Shown: positions 1 to 10,262 of the stretch, in pieces
How the letters are laid out: each line of letters opens with the position of its first letter
Position numbering within the stretch: the first letter of the stretch is position 1
Source of the DNA: Marsupella aquatica
Taxonomy: Eukaryota > Plantae > Marchantiophyta
Direction of reading: 5' to 3'
Length of the DNA stretch: 64,000 nt
Assembly: GCA_973895155.1 (NCBI GenBank)
Contig: OZ316899.1
Span: 6,575,241-6,639,240 of the forward strand
The notes under the pieces: generated by a model
What the model was told of the DNA's origin: nothing
What the model saw: only the letters and a program-made list of their open reading frames with translations
Database searches by the model: none
Program-made: the position numbers and the translations under genes

Positions 1-101
1 GCAACCAAAAGAGATTGCTCAGAAGAGGACAACTATGTCCTCAAAGAAACTATGGACCTAGAGAGCCCTGAAAGATTTTCCAAACCTATTCTCCTTTCCC
101 T
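1..101 (-). mobile_element. 5'-truncated 3' fragment of the RTEX-like LINE family A, inserted in the copia RT; continues left of the window
   Basis: Nearly identical to 7281-7380 (aaccaaaagagattgctcagaagaggac...ctcctttccct). Confidence 0.85.
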
Positions 102-105
102 TTAG

Positions 106-1463
106 ATGGAGGCTCCGCCTGAGCTGATAAGCAGGCTTAAATACCATAGTGAGGGGGAGAATTTCCCCAAAAGCCAAGAAGCTGGCCCTTTTGGCCACAC
201 AAATCATGATGTGCTACTGAACACCTCACAGACAAATGCATATAAGGCTTCTCCAAAGCCAAGGATAAGATCAAAAGCTCGTACAGCTCAGATCTGCTTT
301 GTAATTCAAGTACTGCGCTCACTGTATGGGCTGAAACAGAGCGGACGCACCTGGTATCAACGTTTTCAAGCAAAGATGATTGCAATGGGATTTACAAATG
401 CAGATGTTGCCCCATGCATATTCATTAAACGAGAAGGAAAAGAACTAATCATTATAGCAATATACGTCAATGATCTAAACTTGTTTGGCACTAGCAAGAT
501 AATGCTAGAAACAATCAAACTGCTCCAACGTATTTTTGAAATGCGAGATCTGGGAAAGACAACATTTTGTCTTGGCTTACAGTTCGAGCACTTACCTCAA
601 GGTATCCTTCTCCACCAATCTACATACACTCGAAAAATGCTCAAGACATTCAAAATGCTCACAGCAAAGAGTGTAAAATCTCCAATGGACCTGCGTTCAC
701 TGGATTGGAACAAAGATATTTTCCAAAAAAGAGAGGAGAACGAATCCCTACTGGGCTCGGAGAAGCCCTACCTATCTGCAATATGCGCCCTCATGTTCTT
801 GGCAAGCCAAACACGACCGGACATTGCATTTGCAGTGAACCTGCTAGCACGCCATAGCTCACAGCCCACAATACGACATTGGAATGGGCTTAAACGAATC
901 TTCCGCTATTTGAGTGGAACAATTGATCTTGGTTTACTCTACCCATCAGACATCGACATTACACTCTATGGTAATGCAGACGCAGGATACTTATCCGACC
1001 CTGTAGATGCAAAATCCCAGACAGGCTACGTATTTCTCACTGGACCTACAGCAATTTCTTGGAAGAGCACCAAGCAATCTCTCACTACAACATCATCTAA
1101 TCATTCAGAAATATTGCATTGTACGAAGCTAGCCGCGAATGCCTTTGGCTACGCACAGTAATAGACTACATTCTAGAAAACACAGGTATGTCGAAACTTA
1201 CTTCCCCCACTGTGATTTACGAAGACAATAGACCATGCGTCGAACAGATAGCCGCAAGATACATCAAAGGTGATAAAACGAAACATATTGCTCCAAAATT
1301 TTTATTTACATATGAACAGCAACATAAACAGATCGAAGTACAATGGATTCCCAGTAAACAGAACTCTGCCAACATATTCACAAAGGCTTTACCTCCTATC
1401 ACGCACAGTGAACTTACCAAAACTTTAGGGATGCGCAGCTTTACTTCACTCTTACAGGAATGA
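106..1463 (+). pseudogene. copia reverse transcriptase / RNase H, frameshifted
   Basis: ORFs 106-1161 and 1119-1463 join across a frameshift near 1115; catalytic YVDD is mutated to YVND. Confidence 0.9.
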
Positions 1464-1921
1464 TGAAGAAACAAGTTCAAGAACTCATTGAATTCAGGGG
1501 GAGAATACACACAAAACAACGACCGAGAACGAGGAACAACACAAAATAACGATCACCCTGGCCCTTACGACAAATACATTTTGACGCTGAAGCTGCATCA
1601 ATCTACTCCTGAATGCCGACTCTCGACCAAAGAACCCTACTTTTCTCAAGACAAAGAGCATTGAGAGAACGCGCGACCACATGCGAATGAACAATATTTT
1701 ACATAACTCTAGTTAACCTAGTAATACCAAAAGTAACCATAAAAGATCTCATTATTTTTACACTATACTCCTATATTCAAACTTCTTTTTTGGTTGGTAA
1801 CACTCTTTCTCCCAGAAGACAACAGGGGAGTTTTAATGAGGTTACACCAATTATAGATCAAAACCCAACATAGACTTAAAGTTATTGCAACACTTCTACC
1901 CAAAATGTTGCAAAGGGGGAG

Positions 1922-2099
1922 TGTTATAATACATAGGTTAAGTCTAGACTTGGGTTATCTGGACACCTAGGATTAAGTTACCTTAACCTTAGGTAACTGC
2001 TATAACTACCTAGACTTTGGCTTGAATCAACCACCATGTATATACTCCATTTGGAACTTGAAGGAAGAACACACTTATCATTGTATAATTACCTAAACA
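1922..2099 (+). repeat. copia 3' LTR (about 178 bp)
   Basis: Starts TGTTA right after the PPT ending at 1921 and ends AAACA; gypsy coding sequence follows immediately. Confidence 0.75.
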
Positions 2100-2520
2100 G
2101 TTTGCATAATTTCTGGACCAATGTTGCACCGGTTTGCTTACTACAATTGGCTCTAAAACATACGGTCAGGGACCCTACATTACAGGTGCACCAGATTTTG
2201 GATGCTAATAGCTCTTGTCAGCCCGTCACTCGGCAAGAGAGAGCACCTTGGTACCCTGCTAACACCATTGGGGAGCCAAGAGGTGCTTGGCCTACCTTTG
2301 TTTCGTTTCCTGGCGCCCATGCCTTCCAAGGGGATGGACCAGGGCTGGTCTACCGTCAGCTTTGGATACATGGGATGAGCCAAGCCCGGAGGAGCGAGAA
2401 CGAGCTATGGGTTTCCAAACTAGCACTACTGGTCATGTTAAAGTGACTAGGCTAGAGCGGAATTCTCTTCTTGGCATAGTCATGGATCTTAATTCTTTAA
2501 CATGGCTTTTGGTTACTTGT
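2100..2520 (+). pseudogene. C-terminal half of a C5 cytosine DNA methyltransferase (motifs VIII-X) within the gypsy polyprotein
   Basis: (R)LHNFWTN resembles motif VIII; EERERAMGF..STT (from 2389) resembles motif IX; ERNSLLGIVMD resembles motif X. One frameshift near 2355. The second frame runs on into the RT N-terminus (ORF 2287-2964). Confidence 0.75.
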
Positions 2521-2789
2521 ATTCTTTTCCAGATGCATACTGTTCCTACTATGGGTGACCCAGCCTCTCGCCTTAATGAAGTTCTTACCTGGCACCCTGA
2601 TGAAGTACATTTACCCATCCTCTCCACTCTACATTTCACTCCTAGTGTTGGGGGGGGAGAGGTACCCTGTAATGTGACTGAAATTTTGAAATCAGAGCAT
2701 GGCATGGACCAGATCACACCAGGCAAAGAGAAAAGCACATCAGGTTCTTCTAGTACACCCACTAGCTCTACGCCATGCGTTGCAAATTT

Positions 2790-5010
2790 CCAGTTTGTGA
2801 TGGGTAATCAGTTGAGTAAGAAGCAACGGGATCAGGTACTGAATTTGCTGTTGAGCTATGAAGATGTGTTTGCTTTCTCAATGAGAGACTTGGGCAAGTG
2901 CAAGGTGATGCAATTCTCCATTGAGCTGACCAATGAGAGACCTATTTATCTGCGGAGACACTAGTTGAGCAAGCATGAGTGGCAGCTGGTGGATGAGAGA
3001 TGCAAAGAGCTTTACAAGCAGGTCTGATCCAACCCTCCAACTCTGACTTTGCAGCGGCTACAGTGATGCCAGCAAAGAAAGATTCTAGTGGGCTATGGCG
3101 GATGTGCGGGGACTACAGGCCACTCAATCTGGTCACACCTCAAGATAGGTACCCCATGCCTATCGCTGAAGAGCTCTTTGACTCCATTGGAGATTCTGAT
3201 ATCTTTACCTCATAGACTTGAGGCAAGGCTTCAACCAGATCATTATTCGGGCTGAGGACCGTAAGAAGACAGCTTTTCATGGGAGCAATCGATTGTGGGA
3301 ATGGCTGGTGATGCCATTTGGACTGAAGAATGCACCCGTCTTCTTTCAACGGGTGATGGATCAAGTACTAGAAGGTGCTGATTTCCTAAAATGCTATATT
3401 GATGATACATTGAGCAAGGGTTTTGAGCAACACTTATTACATCTTGAAGAGTTGTTCAGGAGGCTGAGAAATGTTAATATGAAGATCCATCTCAAGAAGT
3501 GTGAGTTTGCTGTTACCTCAGTGGTTTACCTTGGGCATCGAATCATTCCAAATGGCACTATGGCTCATTGGGCTAAAGTGGTGTCTATTCTTGAGATGCC
3601 CAAGCCTACTGATACTCACACTTTGCGAAGCTTCATTGGTCTATGTAATTACTACAGAATTTACATCCAAGACTTTAGCATCATTGCTCACCCATTGTAC
3701 ATGTTGCTTAAAGTCAAAGTCAAATTCTAAGCTCCACAACGACCCAATGAGTCAAGGGAGCTGTGGCAAAAAAGCCAAATACAAAGCAAAGAAATGAGTC
3801 AAATGCTCATGTGAGGATCTCTACATGGTAATGGTAATGGTAATGGTAATGTATTATAAGCTCCGGGACCATGTTTAGGGTTTATTATCCTCACTAATAA
3901 CAAACTAAGGACCTTAAGAGTCACTAATGTGTAATGCTATCACATCATTTCCTATCCACTGCCATGATATACAATCCAAGTTGCTTTGGTGGCAACCTAA
4001 ATAGATCATGCAGATCAGAAACAAGGATTTGATGTGCTATTCAAATCTCCTCATACTGTCTACATGCTATGAATACATGATATTCATTCTCAATGCTGCC
4101 ACTATCACAGAGTCTACACACCCTATCCTGCCTCCTAATTCCCTTCCATCTACCCTCCTCTACCTCCAAGTGATGTGAGCTGAGTCTATATCTAGCAATC
4201 ACTTGTCTCAACCTCATAGAAATGGGAGCTCTAAGATACTCTTGTTCTTCATACAACATCATGGGGTTTACATCCCTCATAAAATACTGTAATCTAAGGC
4301 TAGGATCACTCCAAAGTTTTCTAATAGCTTTATCACGCAAGAGTGACCAAAGCTTCTTTGGTTGAGTATGCCATTCATGCTCAGATAAGTCCCATGATTG
4401 GGCCCAGCTACATACATCAGCATACCAACCAAAAGCAGCTCTAGAAGGATGTTACCTGGAAATGGACTGAAGACACTCAGGTGGCATTTGAAACTTTGAA
4501 GGGAAAGTTATCAAGTAACCCTGTTCTCAAAAGGCCTGATTTCAGCAAAACATTCATTTTGCATACAGATTGGAGTGCTAGGTATTGGTGCCATTATGGG
4601 TCAATCTGATGGGGACAGGCGGGAGTATGTCATTGCTTATGCGTCTAGGAGCAATAACAAGGCTGAGAGAAACTACTCCTCTTATGAAGGCGAATGCTTG
4701 GCTGTTGTGTGGGCTGTCAAACATTTCAGACCCTACCTGTATGGCACTAAGTTCATGCTCTTTACTGATCACCAGCCATTGAAGTGGTTGATTCTTGGAC
4801 CTTTCAACAAAAAGCACGCTTGAGGGAGAGGCAAAAAAATAGATTTGTTTGCTATATCCTCCGCCCACTTCCCCCGCGTTCGCGAAGCACTGAAAGGTGA
4901 CCAATGATAAGCTTACCGGCAAGCTAGCTCATTGGGCCCTCATTTTGCAAGAATATGAGTTTGAAGTTATTCATAGACCTGGAATTACTCACCAGAATGC
5001 TAACACCATG
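2790..5010 (+). pseudogene. gypsy reverse transcriptase and RNase H, disrupted
   Basis: ORF pieces 3000-3215, 3218-3730, 4575-4823 and 4897 onward; interrupted at 3711-4442 and 4792-4897. Confidence 0.9.
3711..4442 (-). mobile_element. 5'-truncated RTEX-like LINE, diverged family B with a (TTTGAC)n tail, carrying a ~48-bp family-A 3' tip at 3825-3873
   Basis: Encodes RLSSHHLEVEEGRW..CRLC..IENEYHVFIAC; removing it rejoins gypsy HPLYMLLK|KDVTWKW. Confidence 0.8.
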
Positions 5011-5299
5011 TCTCACAGTCCTTTGATCACTTCAACAGATTTTTCAGATGCACGGCAAGATTTTGATCATGCTAGTCCTAGCTCTACACTTGGGGCCTCT
5101 GCCTATCTTGCCTTGCTTTGTTGCAGCGTTGTTGACCAACCAATTGTGGACATCTGGGAGGATTTGGACACTCTGAATTTCTTGCAGCACAGACAGTACC
5201 CACCAGGCATGACCACTACTCAAAGGGATCGGATACAACAACGTTCTAAGCGTTACATGTGGAAGGGAGATCACCTAGTCCGCTATCTGTCACAAGGGG

Positions 5300-6332
5300 A
5301 GAGAGTGGTTGCACCAATTGCTGATAGGGCTGGCTTGGTCAAAAAAGTACATTCTGAACTTGGGCATTTTGGAATCAAGTGTACTTATAGTTTGATGGCT
5401 CTCTTCACTACCATTGGAAGGGGATGCATGCTCAAATTCTGGATATCATAGCTAGGTGTGAATAGTGTGACAGAGTAAGAACCTCATTCTCCTCTCAATA
5501 GCCTATACTTCATCCACTCTCTATTCAGGGATTGTTTTACCGCTGGTCTTGTGATTTAGCTGGAGAATTACCTTTGACATCTAAGGGTAACCTCTATATA
5601 ATGATCATGATTGAGCACTTTTCTAAGTGGATTGAATTGGTTGCCTTGCCTGATAAGAGTTCACATAGCACTAGCCAAGCTTTTCTCCAGCAAGTGCTTC
5701 GCAGGTTTGGGGCTTGTGCAGAGTGCCTCACTGACCAGGGCTCTGAATTTAAAGGAGAATTTCATGACCTACTTGACCATGCACTCATTGATCATTGTAG
5801 AACTTCAAGGGATCATCCTCAAGCGGATGGTCTAGCTGAGCGGATGGTACAGACCTGCAAACGAGGATTGTGGAAAATATGTCTCACCAAGAACAAGAAA
5901 GATTGGGACTTGGCACTGCCTTACATTGCCATGGGGTACCGCATGTCCAACCATGCCTCCTTGTCCAACTTCTCTCCTTATTTTCTACTTTTTGGTCGGC
6001 ATCCAATTCCTCCATCTTCTATTGCTTCTCAAATGCTTCAGGTGGTGGACTTGGACTCAACGGAAACCTGGTCTACTATCATATCAGAGAGGTTTGCCTT
6101 GTTCCGTAGAGTCATGCCTATGGCTATGGACAACCTAGCAATTGCCCAACATTGTGATACACTCAGATATGTGCACACACGGGGAGGGAGCTTTAAGGCC
6201 AAGGTGAGGCAGTTTGATGTGGGTGATTTTGTTTACCTTCAGCGCCAGCCTAGTGACACATTGGATACCTCCACCAGTCGCATTATTCTCAGGGTTAAGT
6301 GCATCTATCCTTCAGGTGTGTTGGAGTTATAG
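5300..6332 (+). pseudogene. gypsy integrase (decayed HHCC region and DDE core)
   Basis: VHSELGHFG, WSCDLAGELP, IEHFSKWIELVALP, TDQGSEFKGEF, DGLAERMVQ, FSPYFLLFGR. Confidence 0.9.
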
Positions 6333-6446
6333 GGAGCAGATGGTCGTACCCTCAAAGATCATGCTAAGAATTGTGCCCCTTGTCATTTGCCTAACTTGGA
6401 CCTTACCATTGTGACTTCTACTTGGATTCCTCCGGTGGATTATCCC

Positions 6447-6581
6447 TATAAGGTGTGTCACAGGATTGATGATGCTGACCAGATGTTGTTGTGTGACCAT
6501 TGCAACGGTGGTTACCATCTCTTTTGTTTGTGACCTGAGCTTCCACAAGTTCCGGAAGGGCTATGGTTCTGTCCTTCTTGT
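6447..6581 (+). pseudogene. PHD finger at the integrase C-terminus (absent from the ORF track)
   Basis: Same frame as integrase past TAG at 6330: (Y)KVCHRIDDADQMLLCDHCNGGYHLFCL*PELPQVPEGLWFCPSC, a C4HC3 pattern with the first Cys as TAT and a TGA at 6531. Confidence 0.85.
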
Positions 6582-6745
6582 TCTCCTTCACCAAGCTCAT
6601 CCTCAGCCCGTGTTGACCATTTCCATGCTCAGGTCTGGGGGGGGATACAGGGGTTACTTTCATGCCCCAACATTTCTTCATCTTGGTGTTAATGGACAAC
6701 CATGTATCATCTTTCTGGTTTTCTATTTTGTTGTGTACTTGGATG

Positions 6746-6849
6746 CATATGATACATGTCTCAATATCTTATGCTACCAACTCTATATGTCACGACACAT
6801 ATGATACATGTCTCGATATCTTATGCTACCGACTCTATATGTCACAACA
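6746..6849. repeat. 52-bp tandem duplication
   Basis: catatgatacatgtctcRatatcttatgctaccRactctatatgtcacRaca at 6746 and 6798. Confidence 0.85.
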
Positions 6850-7178
6850 TACTGAGACCAGTTTTTTTGTTGTGTCTTTTTTCAAACTTAATCATGTTTC
6901 AAATCTTTCCTTAGCTTTTTGAAGCATATGTTTCAGGGTCATTTTAGGTCACTAGCAATATTGGTGGCCTCACTAGCAAAACCAGTTTTCCTGTTTGCTT
7001 TTTACTGTTTGCTTGCATTGTTAAAACCCCCCTTGTATGAACTACTAGAACAAAGAACTGTTACATAATTGCTACCTTCCATCTCTTTAGGGATTAGTCA
7101 TGGATACAACTTCTCCAAATTCCATCTGAATCTTATGAGTTATAAACTAGACTATGTAGAGACCTAATAAAATGGTTG

Positions 7179-10100
7179 TGGTAATGGTAATGGTAATGGT
7201 AATGTATTATAAGCTCTGGGACCATGAAAGTCAAAGGAGCTGCCACAAAAAGTAAAGTACAATGCAATCAAAGAAAAGAGAAACCAAAAGAGATTGCTCA
7301 GAAGAGGACAACTATGTCCTCAAAGAAACTATGGACCTAGAGAGCCCTGAAAGATTTTCCAAACCTATTCTCCTTTCCCTATCCACCGCAAAGATATATC
7401 TTCCAAGTTGCTGAGGGGGCAGACCAAACAATGCATACAAATCTTTCACCAAGATTTGAGATGCCATCCTAACCCCCTCATAAAACTTGCAAGCAATGAA
7501 TACATGATATTCATTCTCTATACTAGAGCTATCACATAGTTGACAAACCCTCTTTTTCCTGTCAATATCCTTCCATCTCCCTTGTTCTACTTCAAGGTGG
7601 TGTGAGCTTAGTCTATACTGAGCAATAAGTTGTCTAAGTTGTACTGAGATAGTGCTAGATAAGTATTCTTGTTCTCGATATTTCTTCATGGGGTTCACAT
7701 CTCTCATGTAGTATTGCTGCCGTGGGCTAGGTTCATGCCAAAGTTTGTGCAAAGCCTTTTGCTCAAGTTTTGCTCTTAGCTTGGTTGGGTGTGTTGGCCA
7801 TTCATGTTCAGGAAAATCCCAAGCATGGGCCCACCTGCACACATCTGCATACCACCCTTTAGCTGAAGATGAGCGCAAGGCATGAAAAGGAAATCTGTTT
7901 TCCTCCAACTCTCTTACACGCATGATGTATTTGAGTGTGTGGAAGAGTGCCTCCACCTCCAAAGGAAACAAGCCTGCCTCTGCAAGTGTAAGTGCATATG
8001 GGGTTTGTGACTTGATCCTTGCTCCATCTCAAGAAATAGCTTTTGCAGCCCCTCAATCTGTTGCCACCCAGATTTAGACACACCTGCTCCCCAAATTGGT
8101 GCTCCATAAAGAATGACTGGTTTCACCAAAGCTCCAAAGAGATGTTTCCTTAACCTCCAAGTGTGTAGACCAGCTCTTTTGCATTTTTTCATGAATGCAT
8201 AAAAAGCTCTGTACCCATTGGCAGCCCTAGATTTTACACATGAGGCCCAACTCAAGTTTTGAGAGAACTCCACCCCAAGGTATTTGTAGGTCCTCACAAA
8301 TTCCACCAGATTCCCTTGGAAGTAGAGCTCTGGATTTTGTCGTGTGCCAATGCCCAAACACTTGGTCTTCTTGAGGTTGACTACCATCCCTGTTGCTTGA
8401 CAAAACTCCTCCAAGGCAGTGAGATGTCTTTGCAAAGCTTCTTGAGCATGAGCAAGTAGGACCACATCATCTGCAAATATAAGAAGTTGGAGGACAAACC
8501 TACCCAATTGAGTGCCAACTCCACCATGCTCCTCCAAAATGTTGTGTAGCTGATCAATGAAGATGCCAAAGAGAGTTGGTGAGAGAGGACAACCTTGGAT
8601 CACCCCAAGAGTGCTCCAGATTTCTTCAGAGGTTTCCTTTGAAAGTTTGATGCGCACTTCTTGGTACAATTTAGAAACAGCCAACCTGAGCTCTTCAGGC
8701 ACTTCCAACTCCACCATCCTATCCCAAAGCTTGGATCGGGAAACTTTGTCAAAGGCCTTGGAGAAGTCCACAAACAAGCAAAATAATGGTTTATGTGGAG
8801 ATTTGGCCTTTTCACACAACACCCTCAAGCAGAGAATGTGATCCATAGTGCTGAATTCTCTCCTAAAACCTGCTTGTGAAGGTGCCCTTTTCATCTCACT
8901 CTCCAACCAAGAGCTTAATCTGGCTTCAAGTAGTCCTCCCAAAACTTTAGCAAAAGTATTGCCTACCATGATGGTTCTGTAGTTGTGCACATCGTCCTTG
9001 TTGCCTGCCTTGAAGATAGGCACCACTCTTCTGGTCATCCAAGCTTTAGGTAAACCTAAAGCCATTGCTTGATTCAGCTCATGCACCAAGTTTGTTAGTA
9101 AAGAGGGTCCTCCCCACAAAAGAAGCTCCAAGTTCAGGCCCAACAGATCTTTAGCTTTCCCATGTTGCATGTGGGAAAGATGCACCTTCACCTCCCTCTC
9201 TGTAAACTGAATGGTGTCCCCAAGGGGCAAAGGCATGCCACTAGCATCTGGAAAGAAATACAAGGATGTGACATAGGTTACCAGGTCCTGGTGATCCAAG
9301 GGGGGAGTAGTCTTGCCTGATTGCATTCTCTCCCAAAAACGTTTTGGATGTTTGATGAACTCCTCACATAGTGATTGTTGATGACTCTTCAAGAAGCACC
9401 TCTTCTTGTGTTTGATGAAGTTCTTGTACATAGTGAATGCCAAAAGTCTCTTTTCCCCTGAATGTGATCTTGCTTGCATCCTTGCTCTAGCACAATCCTC
9501 GTCAAACCAAGCCTTCATGTTTTGCTTTCTAGGGGGTTTGGTGGAGAAAGTAGAGGCTGCTGCTTGTGCTATGACTTCTGAGAGCTCAATCTGATCATCC
9601 AGGGTATGGAGAAGATGTTCAAAGTTGGCTTTGAAGATGACTTCTCTATCAGGGTCTAGAAACAGAGGTTTGGGTACTGGCTTTCTATGCACTTTGTTTG
9701 GGATTGTGGTCAGGTCAAGATGGAACAACAAAGGCAAGTGTGAAGACTCTGGTTGTAGATCAAGTATTTGAAAGTCAACCACTCTAGTGGCAGAGGTAGG
9801 TGAGGCAAGAAGGTAATCAATGGTACTACATCCTTGTTTAGATCTAAAAGTGTAACCAGATGATTGGGGAAATCTCTCAAGCCCATTCAATATTCTTAGA
9901 TTACAAGAAGCTCCCAAATGCAAAAAGTGACGTGTCATGTCATTTGTTCTGGTGTCAAGAGCCTCTCTCACCCAAGGTATCTCTTCACTACATGATGACC
10001 AAGGTAAAGTTCCTAAGTCCTCACTTTCAGTAAATTGTTCATTAGATACCCTGGCATTAAAGTCCCCCACTATCCATGTCTCCCCTAGTGGTGATATATC

Positions 10101-10262
10101 ATGAATGACTTGGATTAACCTATGAAATGGATAATGTGCATCAGCAATTCCCATCTTATAGACATTCATATTAAGGGGAGCAAAGTAGGTGACAATCAGA
10201 AATGATGGAGTACCTCTGGTATGAAGTCTCACCACCATGAACTGCTTGCTGGGATGTGTTAG
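7179..10262 (-). mobile_element. RTEX-like LINE family A, 5'-truncated within the endonuclease; (TACCAT)n tail
   Basis: APE motifs VGDFNAR, STIDY, SSHLP; RT QGCPLSP and FADD; C-terminal RLSSHHL.VEQGR..CQLC..ENEYH...C; one frameshift near 8015; tail at 7179-7204. Confidence 0.9.

Larger units (their letters stand above)
102..2099 (+). mobile_element. Ty1/copia LTR retrotransposon, 3' part (Bianca-like lineage)
   Basis: RT motifs SLYGLKQSGR and YVND(D); RNase H DAGYLSDP..KSQTGYVF and KTKHIAPKF; polypurine tract AAAGGGGGAG immediately before a short TG...CA LTR. Confidence 0.9.
2100..6650 (+). mobile_element. Decayed Ty3/gypsy retrotransposon with order DNMT(C-half)-RT-RNaseH-INT-PHD; no LTR resolved
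   Basis: WRMCGDYRPLN, DLRQGFNQI, MPFGLKNAP, YIDD, HTDWS..GIGAI, ECLAVVWAVKHFRPYL, TDHQPL, integrase TDQGSEF and HPQADGLAERMV. RT-RH-INT order is gypsy. Many stops, frameshifts and two insertions. Confidence 0.9.

Noticed and set aside
3874-3883. TTTAGGGTTT telomere-like words here and at several other sites
   Set aside because: Single copies only, expected by chance; no array.
6634-6650. G-run as the gypsy PPT
   Set aside because: Not followed by TG, and no LTR could be delimited.
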